Source: a virus (lineage: Duplodnaviria > Heunggongvirae > Uroviricota > Caudoviricetes). Taken from it: a DNA stretch of 64,000 nucleotides. Location of the stretch: positions 96,001 to 160,000 of IMG/VR virus record IMGVR_UViG_3300009709_000002; one strand, 5' to 3'. Shown here in pieces: positions 27,101 to 37,142 of the stretch (the stretch's first letter is position 1; every line of letters begins with the position of its first letter). Made by a program: the position numbers and the translations under genes. Under the pieces are notes generated by a model. It did not search any database. It saw only the letters and a list, made by a program, of their open reading frames with translations, and was not told where the DNA came from.

Positions 27101-27563
27101 CCTTACTACATTGATAGTTGTGCCAAGCGTGGTTTAGCATGACCGCTATCGGGCCGCTCTCATTCACCTTGACTTGCATCTGTGCTGCTATTTGAGGTGC
27201 GCATCTTGTGAGCGATGAAAACGCTTCAAACATACAGCTTATTGGTTGATTATGTCTTTTGAGTGAATTTATGAATGTGAATATGTCATGAGTGCTGGTC
27301 GCTGTTAGCGCTAACTCATCTAGGTGATCAAGAAGTTGGAGGCTAGTTAGAACGTTTACCAACATCTCTTTGGCTGGAGCGTCGAACGGCTGGCGGCGTC
27401 TCATTTTGGATTCAGTGCGAAAAAGATAATCCACCAACGATTCATTCAATGTTCTGTCTTCCCGCAACTGTCGTTTAAAATCCAAGACTGTTGCTTCAAA
27501 CAAAAATTGTCTAAGCTTCATTTGAACACCATGTAAGGTCATGAACTCATATTTATTGAGCAA
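27072..27563 (-). CDS. hypothetical protein
   Basis: ORF; true start probably downstream of the ATAAATA near 27551-27558. Confidence 0.55.
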   Translation of the reverse strand: MLNKYEFMTLHGVQMKLRQFLFEATVLDFKRQLREDRTLNESLVDYLFRTESKMRRRQPFDAPAKEMLVNVLTSLQLLDHLDELALTATSTHDIFTFINSLKRHNQPISCMFEAFSSLTRCAPQIAAQMQVKVNESGPIAVMLNHAWHNYQCSKVACEPSFSD

Positions 27564-27580
27564 TGAAGCTTACCTAAAGG

Positions 27581-28510
27581 TTAAGAGGTGATGACTGTAT
27601 TTCCGTCGACTACGTCACCGTTACTAATCACTGCAGTTCCGCTTACACTAGCATTACCTTGAATGATAGCAGTTCCGCTTACAGTGGCGCTACCAAATAC
27701 CGAAGCTCCACCCTGAACGATAGCCGGTCCAGCTACAGTTGCATTTCCGTAGACTAAACAAGCACCTTGAATCGTAGCGTCACCAGTGATGATTGCAGAC
27801 TCAAGCACTGAAGCATCACCAAGAATAGAAGCATCGGTGACCTGTGCAGCACCAAATACCGAAGCTCCATTATCAACGACTGCAGCGCCTTGAACAATAC
27901 CACCACCGTAGACTTTAGCAGAACCTTGAACTGTCGCAGTTCCAGTCACTGTACCAGTGCCGTAGATCTTGCATGAGCCTTGGATAATCGCAGCGCCCGT
28001 GATCTTTGAATTTTCACCGACTGTTGCGTTAGCTAAAACTTGCGCTGTTCCTGATACTGAAGCATATCCACCAACAGAAGCACTACCGAAGATTTGCGCT
28101 GACCCATAAACCTGCGGGCTAGCTGGAATATTCGACGCGCCGATTACAATGTTGTTGTAGTACTGTGGGTAAGGTTGGTTTGGCGCTACACCAAGTTGAG
28201 CTGCACCGTAAACTTGGGCATTCTCATAAACTTGAGTAGAACCAGCAACTGTAGCAGAGCCGTAGATCTTAGCGTTGCCGTAAACCTGAGCATTACCGAT
28301 GACAATCGCTTGGTCGCAGACTTGTGCAGTGTCATAAATTTGAGCTGTTCCACCAACAGATGCGCCACCATAAACCGATGCGGTTGGTGCAACATACGCG
28401 GTGAGAGCAACGGAGGCAGAATTGGCAACCCAACCACCACCGTTTGCGTGCTGCGCGGCTGGTACTAGACCATTACCGTCTAAGAAATCGTGTGTAAGAT
28501 AAGTCGTCAT
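27581..28510 (-). CDS. left-handed beta-helix (hexapeptide repeat) protein, late
   Basis: (A.V.G.)n hexapeptides, AGGAG RBS, CATAAATA at 28547-28554. Confidence 0.85.
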   Translation of the reverse strand: MTTYLTHDFLDGNGLVPAAQHANGGGWVANSASVALTAYVAPTASVYGGASVGGTAQIYDTAQVCDQAIVIGNAQVYGNAKIYGSATVAGSTQVYENAQVYGAAQLGVAPNQPYPQYYNNIVIGASNIPASPQVYGSAQIFGSASVGGYASVSGTAQVLANATVGENSKITGAAIIQGSCKIYGTGTVTGTATVQGSAKVYGGGIVQGAAVVDNGASVFGAAQVTDASILGDASVLESAIITGDATIQGACLVYGNATVAGPAIVQGGASVFGSATVSGTAIIQGNASVSGTAVISNGDVVDGNTVITS

Positions 28511-28562
28511 TACGTCTCCTGAAATGAAGCTAAATAGCAATGCAGCTATTTATGCTTCTATC

Positions 28563-29219
28563 TCAGGAACCGCAATTTGGTGCGAGCTTGTTGAGTATAA
28601 GCTCAGAATGCATCCAGTGCTGGTCAGTTTGCACGTGATTCTTACGCACCCACTTAACTACAAGCTTATCATAGTCATCGTAAGGAATCTCGCCAGCGTA
28701 TCGGAAGACAACGCCTTCTTCCCTGGCCGTATTGATCGAGTTAATGATCTCCTGAGCACGATCAATGTTGAAGATGAAAGGTTCACCGATCGTTTCGACA
28801 GGTGTTATGCCTAGCTCATTGAACCACAAGTCGACGGTCTCATCCCATGGACGAGCTACGTTATCATCGTCCCACACTGAAAAGCCGTAGAAGTAGCTCT
28901 TCAAGTTGTTATAGTAGATGGAGTGCATTGCATACAAGTTCTCGCCGCAGACTCGATAGCCAGGCGGAATGATATGCTTGATTTGACCGTGAAATTGCTT
29001 GACCCAGTTGCGAGATGGATGATGCTTTGAATCTAAGCTGCGAGCATGACATACTTCTGACGTGAACGTCGTGTTTTCACCGTCTTTCTTGATCGTAGCG
29101 ACAGCAAGTCGCCCGTTGAGATAATCAAGCGTTTTGATTACTTTGTCATCACTGCTTTTGCCAGGACTGGTGCTTAGGTGCATCGTCCTTGGAAACTTCT
29201 TGCTCATTTTGAACACCAC
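28563..29219 (-). CDS. RNA ligase family protein
   Basis: K.PRT.HL..SPG..DD, KKDGEN, GEN, EG.V.R, K.VR. Confidence 0.85.
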   Translation of the reverse strand: MVFKMSKKFPRTMHLSTSPGKSSDDKVIKTLDYLNGRLAVATIKKDGENTTFTSEVCHARSLDSKHHPSRNWVKQFHGQIKHIIPPGYRVCGENLYAMHSIYYNNLKSYFYGFSVWDDDNVARPWDETVDLWFNELGITPVETIGEPFIFNIDRAQEIINSINTAREEGVVFRYAGEIPYDDYDKLVVKWVRKNHVQTDQHWMHSELILNKLAPNCGS

Positions 29220-29268
29220 TCATGATTTGCTTTGATTCATTATATCATGAAGGTGCAACAACGAACAT

Positions 29269-29583
29269 TTAATTCAAACCGACCTTTGTCACATCGATAA
29301 TGCTCTTTTCTCCTGCCAACGCCTTCACAGTTTCTGAAACGTAGAGGCATACATCATCGATTGGCTTCTTCGACAACTCAATGATGTTGCCATCTGGTAC
29401 TTGAGAAACAGAAGCATAGATTACTGCACCCAAGGCCTTTGCGGCTTCTTCTATGGCGACGTTAGCAGCTTGCTCAATCCCAGCGGCGCTGAGATCTTGC
29501 ATGAACTTCACAATCGAGTGCTGCATTGCGAATTGAAATTCGTCGAATAGTTGCGCCTTCTCAAACTCCGGTATTGTCGTCAT
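29269..29583 (-). CDS. hypothetical protein
   Basis: Start moved to MTTIPEF; the upstream extension overlaps the next gene. Confidence 0.6.
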   Translation of the reverse strand: MTTIPEFEKAQLFDEFQFAMQHSIVKFMQDLSAAGIEQAANVAIEEAAKALGAVIYASVSQVPDGNIIELSKKPIDDVCLYVSETVKALAGEKSIIDVTKVGLN

Positions 29584-30466
29584 GACCCACCCCAAATCTA
29601 AAGCACGGATCCCAGTTCGTGCTTTGCCCATAACCCACATATCCCCGAGGGTTACATAACACACGCGTGCTACCGATTGTGTAGTCGATAACATGGTGCG
29701 TGTGGCCATGGAGCCAGTAGTCGATCTCGCTATATGCGATTTCGTTTCCCAACTCACTGAAATACATGTAGTTATTCTGCCTTGATTTTTCAGTGCGGAA
29801 GCGTTCAGCGACGGAACCATAGCTTGGCGCCATGTGAGTCACGACGATCAGCTTTTGGTCAGGATGGTCTTTTACAGCATTTTCAAAGATGAAGGATTTT
29901 GCTTGAATGTGCTGCCCGATCAGGTGATTCGTGCGGAGCCTACGATAGTCAGGTCCCACCTTGATCTTCTTGAAATCTTTGAAACCATTACCAGATCGGT
30001 CGATACCAACGCTTAAAGCAGTCACAGGGTCACCCCTGTTAATGTCGGTCCAGAGAGTAGCACCGACAAACTTTACCTGGTCAAGAACAACTACGTCTTT
30101 TTCCAGGAAGAAAACATTAGGGAGATTTAGCTCTTTGAGATGTGCACGAACAAGAGCTGGAGTATTGTCGAGACGACCACCCCAGTAGTCGTGATTACCA
30201 AGCAGGATGATGATGTACTTAAAACGAGCGGCTTGACGTTCTAGCCACGTTCTACCGTCTTTATATTTGTACTTGAAGAGACGACGCTTCTCCCAAAGAT
30301 CACCAGCCAAGACGAGCGTCGAGTCATGATCTTCAGGAGTTTCTTCTGGTTCCCAGATGAATTCCATGGCAGCTGCAAGCGCATCAGGTTGATGTCGCAC
30401 ACGAGGATACGCATGCTGAAAATCAACATCAAGGTGAATGTCGCTGATAAGCCTGATGAACTCCAT
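29561..30466 (-). CDS. calcineurin-like metallophosphoesterase
   Basis: SDIH, AGD, GNHD, TH..P, HGHTH, NPRGY. Confidence 0.9.
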   Translation of the reverse strand: MEFIRLISDIHLDVDFQHAYPRVRHQPDALAAAMEFIWEPEETPEDHDSTLVLAGDLWEKRRLFKYKYKDGRTWLERQAARFKYIIILLGNHDYWGGRLDNTPALVRAHLKELNLPNVFFLEKDVVVLDQVKFVGATLWTDINRGDPVTALSVGIDRSGNGFKDFKKIKVGPDYRRLRTNHLIGQHIQAKSFIFENAVKDHPDQKLIVVTHMAPSYGSVAERFRTEKSRQNNYMYFSELGNEIAYSEIDYWLHGHTHHVIDYTIGSTRVLCNPRGYVGYGQSTNWDPCFRFGVGHDDNTGV

Positions 30467-30478
30467 CTAAAACCTCAT

Positions 30479-30874
30479 TTAGTGAGGCGGCTTCTGCGGT
30501 TCTTCATACCGCGCCCAGGTGCCGCCAGGATTTTGCGCTGCAGCTCGAGACGCATGGAACTGCGCCTGTGCTGCTTGAAATTGTTGTTGCATCGCTTGCA
30601 GCTTTGCTAGCTCATTGGCCACCGCTTCACGAACTTCAGCTTCACGACGGTTAATGATCCCGTTCCACGCATCTTGCATTCGCTGATTAGCTTCTTCAGG
30701 AGCAATAGCGTTTCCGTTTTCGATGTCGACGAGCATGTTGGAGATCGTAGCGGCTAGGTGATGACGTCCGAGTGACTTGGCATCCAACGTGTTGTCAAAT
30801 CGCGGCGTAACTTCATAACCTTGCAAAACATCCAGAAGCATCGCTTCAAACTGTTCTTTACTTGATATAGACAT
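30479..30874 (-). CDS. hypothetical protein
   Basis: 131 aa, coupled. Confidence 0.65.
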   Translation of the reverse strand: MSISSKEQFEAMLLDVLQGYEVTPRFDNTLDAKSLGRHHLAATISNMLVDIENGNAIAPEEANQRMQDAWNGIINRREAEVREAVANELAKLQAMQQQFQAAQAQFHASRAAAQNPGGTWARYEEPQKPPH

Positions 30875-32094
30875 TATAATACACTTTCCAACTTATTGTA
30901 ACCAAAAACATCCGATCTGGTCGGTCCGGTGCTATAAAAATGGTGCTTCAGGGCCACGTTTGAGGTCAAAATATCCAGAAAGTCCTCATGGCTGAGATTC
31001 TTGTGCAAGCGGCCAGTAACTCGAAGCTCTGCGCGGCCATCTTCGAGCTGATCGATACACGTGACGGCGAGCCGTGGTCGAACGCTGACGCCAGAACCGA
31101 ATGAATCGATGATGTCGTCCATGATACGACGTTGCAGCTCATCGACGTTCAGCGGTGCGAAGCGAAGTCCGTGCTGGAAATCATTGAAGATGTTTGTGTT
31201 GTCCACCACGTTCGCATAGTGGAGTGACTTAACTTCATCCTTGAGCGGCCCTGCGCCATGACGTGTCGTGTAGGCGCGAGTAGCGTAGGCTACGTCCAGC
31301 TTGTCTATCTCGAAATCTTTAGCGAGCTCGATGACGTTCTTCAGCCCGCAGTTCGAGCGAGTGACGAACGGAAAAGCGCCGCGTGTTTGATCGAGCCCGA
31401 GTCCTTGCGCGCCTTCAAAAACGATGTTGGGGTTACCCTTCATCAAATCTTGATCAACGACTCTGGCGAAGGCTAGCATCGTGTCGATGTTCGCCATGAA
31501 GGCATCCAGAATTTGATCATCATGAAGGTGAGGCGACATGTGATCAGCTTTCAGCTTCAGAATTTTCATGCGCTGTACAACATACTTGTCACGAATCTTC
31601 GTCACCATTTGACGGGTGTAATCACGATCTTCAAGATCGGAAGCGAGCAATGAAGCTCCATCCCAGGTCGACCGTTCGATGGTTTCACCGAAGCCAACAC
31701 CGCAGCTACCATGTCGTTTTGCGCCGCGGTGATTTTCCACGGCTTGATTCAGCATGATGTCGTACGGAGTGGTAATGATAGCATTACGGTCGATGTATAC
31801 CTTCGGCGAATGATCCAGCAATCCGCTAAGGCGCTGCAGCTCTTTGACGAACAGCATCGGATTGACCACGAAGAATCGGCTGAGGAACGTTGTAGCTCCA
31901 CGGAAGGTACCGGCGCCAAAATGCCCGAAGACATGGCGGCGACCATCCGGAGTAACTACGGTGTGACCGGCCTGCGCTCCTCCGTTGAAACGCACGACCG
32001 TGGTTTGGTCGTTGGAAAAATAGTCGGTGAGAAGACCCTTTCCTTCATCACCGTACCCAGCACCGATTACAACGTTAGCCTTAATCATGGTCAA
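30874..32094 (-). CDS. purA: adenylosuccinate synthetase-like protein (divergent PurA)
   Basis: GDEGKG, GGAQAGHT, FEGAQG, FPFVT.S, YTTRHGAGP. Confidence 0.85.
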   Translation of the reverse strand: MTMIKANVVIGAGYGDEGKGLLTDYFSNDQTTVVRFNGGAQAGHTVVTPDGRRHVFGHFGAGTFRGATTFLSRFFVVNPMLFVKELQRLSGLLDHSPKVYIDRNAIITTPYDIMLNQAVENHRGAKRHGSCGVGFGETIERSTWDGASLLASDLEDRDYTRQMVTKIRDKYVVQRMKILKLKADHMSPHLHDDQILDAFMANIDTMLAFARVVDQDLMKGNPNIVFEGAQGLGLDQTRGAFPFVTRSNCGLKNVIELAKDFEIDKLDVAYATRAYTTRHGAGPLKDEVKSLHYANVVDNTNIFNDFQHGLRFAPLNVDELQRRIMDDIIDSFGSGVSVRPRLAVTCIDQLEDGRAELRVTGRLHKNLSHEDFLDILTSNVALKHHFYSTGPTRSDVFGYNKLESVL

Positions 32095-32110
32095 TCCTCC
32101 GTCTTAGAAC

Positions 32111-33049
32111 TTACTTGAAGCGAACCACACCGCCCTTTGCACCCGTTTCCGTGGTGGTCAGGCCGCTGATGGCCTTCGAAACGACGAGCGACGTATCGCC
32201 CGACCAGCTCTTCGCGACGGTCGCAGCGTCAGCGCCTTCGACGACCTGAATCGCCGACACGATGACTTCAGCCAGCTTCTTGTAATCGTCGAGCACGATA
32301 ACGCGTTGGCCGAGAACACTTGCCCATGCCTTCTTCGTTTCTTCCAGCCCGGTGTAGCGAATCGCGTTGCCTTCAGCGATGATGATGTGGAAGATGTGGT
32401 ACGTCTTGCCGGCGGCCTCGAGCAGGTCGGCATTGGTGATGCGTTGCATTGCATCCTTGTCGACGAACTTTTGCAGCTGTTCCAGCGTCAGATCTTGCGG
32501 CGGCAGTTCATCGCCGACGGTGAAGAGGTAACCCTTCTTGCCGCGCTTTTCGAACGCATCGTGCGCCGTCTTGCGAGCAGCGAAAGCCCACGGCAGGTTG
32601 TACGACTCGAACGAGTTGCCGCCACCGCCGCCTTCCAGGAAGAGCTCGAGCAGCTGCTCGGTGATGCGCATGTCAGCTTCGAACTGCGTAACTTGCAGCG
32701 GCATGCGGTCGTAGTTTGCATCGCCGATGGCCATCGCCATGACGTGCGGATCGGAGATCGGCTTGCGCGTCAGCAGTTCGCTGAACACGATGCCGAGGCC
32801 TTCCTTCGCGATGGTTTCCGCGAGAATGCCCATCGAACCAGTAACATCGAGGCCGACGATGACCGGCGTGCTGTTCGGATTGATGTCCGAGTCACGCGAT
32901 TCACGCAGTTCGATGTTCGCCGGCTTGATTTCGTCTTTCACTTCCGCAGCGGAACGTGTGGTGAACATCGTCGAGGCACTTGCGCTTGCGACGGTCTTCG
33001 AGTACGAGCTCCAATCTGCATCACTCCAGCTACCTGCACCCATTGTCAT
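32111..33049 (-). CDS. VWA (MIDAS) domain protein
   Basis: DVTGSM, IGD, EGGGGGN..ESY, GDE. Confidence 0.85.
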   Translation of the reverse strand: MTMGAGSWSDADWSSYSKTVASASASTMFTTRSAAEVKDEIKPANIELRESRDSDINPNSTPVIVGLDVTGSMGILAETIAKEGLGIVFSELLTRKPISDPHVMAMAIGDANYDRMPLQVTQFEADMRITEQLLELFLEGGGGGNSFESYNLPWAFAARKTAHDAFEKRGKKGYLFTVGDELPPQDLTLEQLQKFVDKDAMQRITNADLLEAAGKTYHIFHIIIAEGNAIRYTGLEETKKAWASVLGQRVIVLDDYKKLAEVIVSAIQVVEGADAATVAKSWSGDTSLVVSKAISGLTTTETGAKGGVVRFK

Positions 33050-33103
33050 GCTCCTTGTATTGTCGCTATGATGAATAAACTCGATGCAGCGACGAGAACC
33101 GAG

Positions 33104-33298
33104 TTAAAGTGAGAGTACTTCTTCTTTTTTGAACAGCTTTGCAATGCGATTCCGCTGTTCCATCAAAATCATGGTGTCTGTGGCATCATGGAGCTCAGCA
33201 TTATCCTTGATCCAGTTGTCCACGGCATCCAACAATTCTTCACGAGCCCATTCACGCATCTCGCCGATAGGCATACCGCTAAGCATTTTGCCAGCCAT
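33104..33298 (-). CDS. hypothetical protein
   Basis: AAGGAG RBS, start MAGKML. Confidence 0.6.
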   Translation of the reverse strand: MAGKMLSGMPIGEMREWAREELLDAVDNWIKDNAELHDATDTMILMEQRNRIAKLFKKEEVLSL

Positions 33299-33299
33299 G

Positions 33300-34343
33300 T
33301 CAGACTCCTTTGTAAATCTCCGCTTCGGTAGCTTCCATGTGGTGGAACTTGCGCTTACCGAACGCAGCATCCAAAATTTGATCCTTCCAGACCTTGAAAT
33401 CCTTGAAAGAATCGCCAGCCGAGGGATTCCTGATCCACTCTACGAGCGGCTTAGGTAGATCTTTATTACTGCGCAGCTTGGTTCCATGCTTGTCCCCTAG
33501 GAGCTCACGACCTAACAACCTGATCATCTCCATGTCGAACTGTGTGTCACCAACCTTGTTCTTCATCAGTGACGATGGTGCAAACTGCAGCAGCGGGCCA
33601 GGCACAGCTGTCAGCTTTTCGCCGACCTTGCTGCTGAACCACCAACCGCCGAGAAGATACCCAGCATGGTTTTCTGGTTCGATGAAAATCGTGTCGAGCG
33701 CGATGTCATTGTGCGCGATGTTCGCCCACTTGAGATAGCACCCGATGTTGTACAGGCGAGACATGATCCAAGCGACATGCCGAGGATCCAACTTTCCGCC
33801 GTAGAAGGCGAGCAAGTCTTTCAGCAGCACAGTGCCAGGAGGTTTCTCGATGACGAGATAGTGCTTATCCTTCGTCTCGACTTCGGCCTTGATCTTTGGC
33901 AACAGCCGACTGATGTTCTTCTGCATGTCAGCGTTCGGGTACTTGAAGCCTTTGATGACCTTCACACCTTCTTTGTAAAGATCTTCAAACTCCTTGTCAA
34001 TTCCGTAGACGATCACCGTCTTGCCGATGAACATGTCCCCAAGCTCAATCTTATGGTGTTTCTTGAAGCTGATCTCAAATGACTTACCGTCGACCGCGGT
34101 GATGGTCAGCCTGCCAGGAGTGACCCAAACGCCATCTTTGAACTTTTGCTCCGCCAGCTCCCAGAGACCCTTCATGTGCTTGAAGATCTCTTCATTAGCA
34201 GCACCACGATCTGGGTGCCACTTCATGGCTAGCTTGCGATATTCTTTCTCGGCGACTTCCTCGACTCCCGTGAACAGCAGCTCGGGCTGATCGGCAGGAA
34301 TCGCGAGAATCTGCTTTGCGGTAAGCGAGGAAACGTCTTTCAT
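33300..34343 (-). CDS. J-domain fused to kinase-like fold
   Basis: YRKLAMKWHPD; IAHNDI; LLGGW in place of DFG. Confidence 0.7.
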   Translation of the reverse strand: MKDVSSLTAKQILAIPADQPELLFTGVEEVAEKEYRKLAMKWHPDRGAANEEIFKHMKGLWELAEQKFKDGVWVTPGRLTITAVDGKSFEISFKKHHKIELGDMFIGKTVIVYGIDKEFEDLYKEGVKVIKGFKYPNADMQKNISRLLPKIKAEVETKDKHYLVIEKPPGTVLLKDLLAFYGGKLDPRHVAWIMSRLYNIGCYLKWANIAHNDIALDTIFIEPENHAGYLLGGWWFSSKVGEKLTAVPGPLLQFAPSSLMKNKVGDTQFDMEMIRLLGRELLGDKHGTKLRSNKDLPKPLVEWIRNPSAGDSFKDFKVWKDQILDAAFGKRKFHHMEATEAEIYKGV

Positions 34344-35734
34344 TATTTGTCGTCCCGAACCATGATGAATTGCGGAAAGCGGATCGCGTAAGTATCCGAG
34401 CCTTTAGCCTTCGAAAGCATTTGACCTTCGATCATCACGGTTTTTCCAAGGAAGAGTTCCTTGTTGTTCCAGATGTAGGTGCGAAGGAATTCGTCTTCCG
34501 ACATCTTGAGAGCCTTCAGATCGAAGCCAGCCTTTGCGGCGAGGTTCTTCACGTAGCCCTGAGCTTTGTCACTCTTGACCTTGAAGCCGCCGCACTTGCA
34601 TTTGATCGGATTGCCGTTTTCATCCTCGCCTTCAACTTCCAGGGCGCCGAGGATGTGTTCGTTCTTGGTACCCTTGTTGCCAGGACGAAAGCCGGTAATC
34701 CGAACATCCACGTCCATGACAGGCTTGTACTTTGCCCAGACCATCGACTTGCGTTTCGGGTCCCAGTCATAGAGACCGTCGATTCGCTTGATTATCAGGC
34801 CTTCTTCCATCACGATGCCTGTACGTTCGCCTTCTTCTTCCAACTCTTCCAGAAAGTCCATCGCTTCCTTGATCGAGTTGACGATGCGGAATTGCGAGCG
34901 GACGAGCTTGGTGAAGTTGCCTTGCGACAAGAGATCTTTGATCGTTGCGAGACGATTGATTTGAGTGACCGGGCAGCTTTGCGCCAACCACTCTTCCTTC
35001 TTCATGATGTCGAAGACGTTGAACTTGAGGTGCGTGCGAGCTTCAGCGTTTTTGACGCCTTTAGCCTGCATCGATTCTTGGAAGGTGCGAGCGTATGCTT
35101 CGCCGTCCACGACGACCGGGTGACCAAAGAGCTTTTCCAACTCGATCAGCTCATCATCGAAGAGACCGATCGCATAATCTGCATCTTTGCCGCCGCGCGA
35201 GTAGTATTCGATCTCACCGTTCTCAACGTAAGCGATGAGACGGAGACCGTCATACTTGGCATCAGCGATGCAAGGGAATGTCCATTTGTACTTTGCTTTC
35301 GGACCAGCTTCGATCTTCGCCGCGAGACCTTGCAGGAACTCGGGGATGTTCAGATTCGGGTAGAGCTCTTCGAAGGTGTTCCGATCGGCGCCGCACTTCA
35401 GGTCTTTCTTGATGACGCGAGTGAGGTACTTTGCGGTGTTCTCGGTGAATTGCGCGAGAACCGACGAAATTTGAAAGCGAGCGATGTTGCCGGAGATATC
35501 GCCATTGTGCAGCGAATCCAGCAGGTCGAGGAAAACTTTGTAGGAGTGCGGATCGATGTCGGCATACTTCACCGGCTCGGCCCACTTCTTCGTGTGGAAG
35601 ACGCGGAAGGGATTCAGAGCTTCATACACGAGCATCTGACCTTCATGGCTAAGGCCAGAAAGAGCAGCATGCTTCTCTTTCTTTGTGGAGATTTGTTCCG
35701 CCTCGGCGATCGCGACTTCGAAACGTTTGAGCAT
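34343..35734 (-). CDS. ATP-dependent DNA ligase
   Basis: KYDGLR, SR.GK, DGE, FD, EGLIIK, W.K.K, RFP.F...R.DK; start moved to MLKRF after promoter 35771-35799. Confidence 0.92.
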   Translation of the reverse strand: MLKRFEVAIAEAEQISTKKEKHAALSGLSHEGQMLVYEALNPFRVFHTKKWAEPVKYADIDPHSYKVFLDLLDSLHNGDISGNIARFQISSVLAQFTENTAKYLTRVIKKDLKCGADRNTFEELYPNLNIPEFLQGLAAKIEAGPKAKYKWTFPCIADAKYDGLRLIAYVENGEIEYYSRGGKDADYAIGLFDDELIELEKLFGHPVVVDGEAYARTFQESMQAKGVKNAEARTHLKFNVFDIMKKEEWLAQSCPVTQINRLATIKDLLSQGNFTKLVRSQFRIVNSIKEAMDFLEELEEEGERTGIVMEEGLIIKRIDGLYDWDPKRKSMVWAKYKPVMDVDVRITGFRPGNKGTKNEHILGALEVEGEDENGNPIKCKCGGFKVKSDKAQGYVKNLAAKAGFDLKALKMSEDEFLRTYIWNNKELFLGKTVMIEGQMLSKAKGSDTYAIRFPQFIMVRDDK

Positions 35735-35899
35735 TTGGTAGGTCCGTTTGAATTTATTTCCGATATGATTATTATAACATGACACTTTCTTGTTGTAAAC
35801 AACTTGTTGCACATTCCGCAAAAGCTAGTACACGATGTGAAAAAGCCAAAGAAAAAGGCGACCCGAAGGCCGCCTACACTTTACTTCAAAACTACTATT

Positions 35900-36649
35900 T
35901 TACTTCTTTGGGTGGATTGTCCACATGTCATCTACCAAGCCAAGTGGCGAAGTGAACCATGACTGGTCCATCTTGAAGTAACCGTCGATGCCCCAGTTTG
36001 GACCCCATGAGTTACGAACCCAGATGAACTTGTAGTTAGGATCACGGTCATCGTAGCCAACAGCCAGAACAGCGTGGCCACCCAACCATTGAGTTCTCAT
36101 GTTTGGTGCGTACAGCTTGCCGTCGATCGACATTTGTTCCGACTCAAATTCAGCTGGAACTTGGAAACCGAAGATAACTGGCAAACCCTTCGCCAGCGCG
36201 GCCTTCATACCATTCAGATCAGCAATTCTTTCGTAGCTTTCGATCAGAGGAATGAGCTTCAGCCCATCAGTATAAGCTTCTGCCGTTGGCTTTTGCGCAA
36301 ACTTGGAAACGTCGTATGGCCACACAGCTTCTGAAGCGCAACCATATTGCTGGAAGCCCTTGATGATGTCACGGATTTGCGCACCTGCATCGTCTTGCAC
36401 ATCACCTTCGATGAGACGAGCGTCATAGTACGCCATCAGGCGTGAAAGTGCTGGTTGACCAGTTACGATCGAAACACCAGCTGTCGATGAATTACCAGTG
36501 CAAGAACCCAGCTCACCCTGGTCGTCGATTGGAAACTCTGTACCAATGCGATCTACGTAGGACGGCAGATCCTTTACAGGAGCCGTCACTTTAAAATATC
36601 TATCTCTTTGGTCCGGTCTAGACGGACGCCAATTATAAGTGCGTTTCAT
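35900..36649 (-). CDS. papain-like cysteine peptidase (C1), late
   Basis: DQG.LGSC, GGHAVLAVGY, RNSWG..WG..GYF; CATAAATA at 36679-36686. Confidence 0.9.
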   Translation of the reverse strand: MKRTYNWRPSRPDQRDRYFKVTAPVKDLPSYVDRIGTEFPIDDQGELGSCTGNSSTAGVSIVTGQPALSRLMAYYDARLIEGDVQDDAGAQIRDIIKGFQQYGCASEAVWPYDVSKFAQKPTAEAYTDGLKLIPLIESYERIADLNGMKAALAKGLPVIFGFQVPAEFESEQMSIDGKLYAPNMRTQWLGGHAVLAVGYDDRDPNYKFIWVRNSWGPNWGIDGYFKMDQSWFTSPLGLVDDMWTIHPKK

Positions 36650-36700
36650 AGCTATGCACCTCCAAAAAATAGCATAGCTATTTATGGAAAATGACGCTAT

Positions 36701-37141
36701 TTATCGACTCTTCATCGCGGCATCGATTTCACGCTTTACATCGCGCTCTTTTTCGGCATCTCGTTTATCGTGTTGCTTCTTTCCTTTCGCGAGAGCAACC
36801 TTGACCTTCACCTTCTTGCTGTCACTCCAATGCAGATCGACCGGCACGATCGTGTAACCAGCCTGAACTTTCTTACCATGCCAACGTTTTAGCTGCTTTT
36901 TCGTCATCAGCAGCTTGCGAGTCCTTGTTGGATCAGCAATAGTGTGCGTGTTGGTTTGCGTAAGAGGAGTAATCACCGCGCCAAATAGGAAGGCTTCTTC
37001 GTCTATGAAGATTACGTAAGCGCTTGTCAATTGTGCCTTCCCGGCTTTTATTGACTTTACTTCCCAGCCCTCCAGAATGATCCCAGCGTCCTCGACTTCT
37101 TCAAAGAAGTAGTCATATTTGGCACGGCGATTCTCAATCAT
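36701..37141 (-). CDS. smpB: SsrA-binding protein SmpB
   Basis: NRRA.YDY, AGI.L.GWEVKSI, R.RKLL, ALAKGKKQHDKR. Confidence 0.95.
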   Translation of the reverse strand: MIENRRAKYDYFFEEVEDAGIILEGWEVKSIKAGKAQLTSAYVIFIDEEAFLFGAVITPLTQTNTHTIADPTRTRKLLMTKKQLKRWHGKKVQAGYTIVPVDLHWSDSKKVKVKVALAKGKKQHDKRDAEKERDVKREIDAAMKSR

Positions 37142-37142
37142 C

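Noticed and set aside
27581-28510. DNA repeat array or CRISPR
   Set aside because: The periodicity comes from protein hexapeptide repeats; no identical repeat-spacer structure was seen here or elsewhere in the window.
30874-32094. PurZ (2-aminoadenine DNA pathway)
   Set aside because: Retains the PurA Asp in GDEGKG rather than the PurZ Ser.
34370-35782. 470-aa plus-strand ORF (also 20707..21627, 32306..33112, 48703..49881)
   Set aside because: Antisense shadows of strongly codon-biased minus-strand genes; no motifs or RBS.
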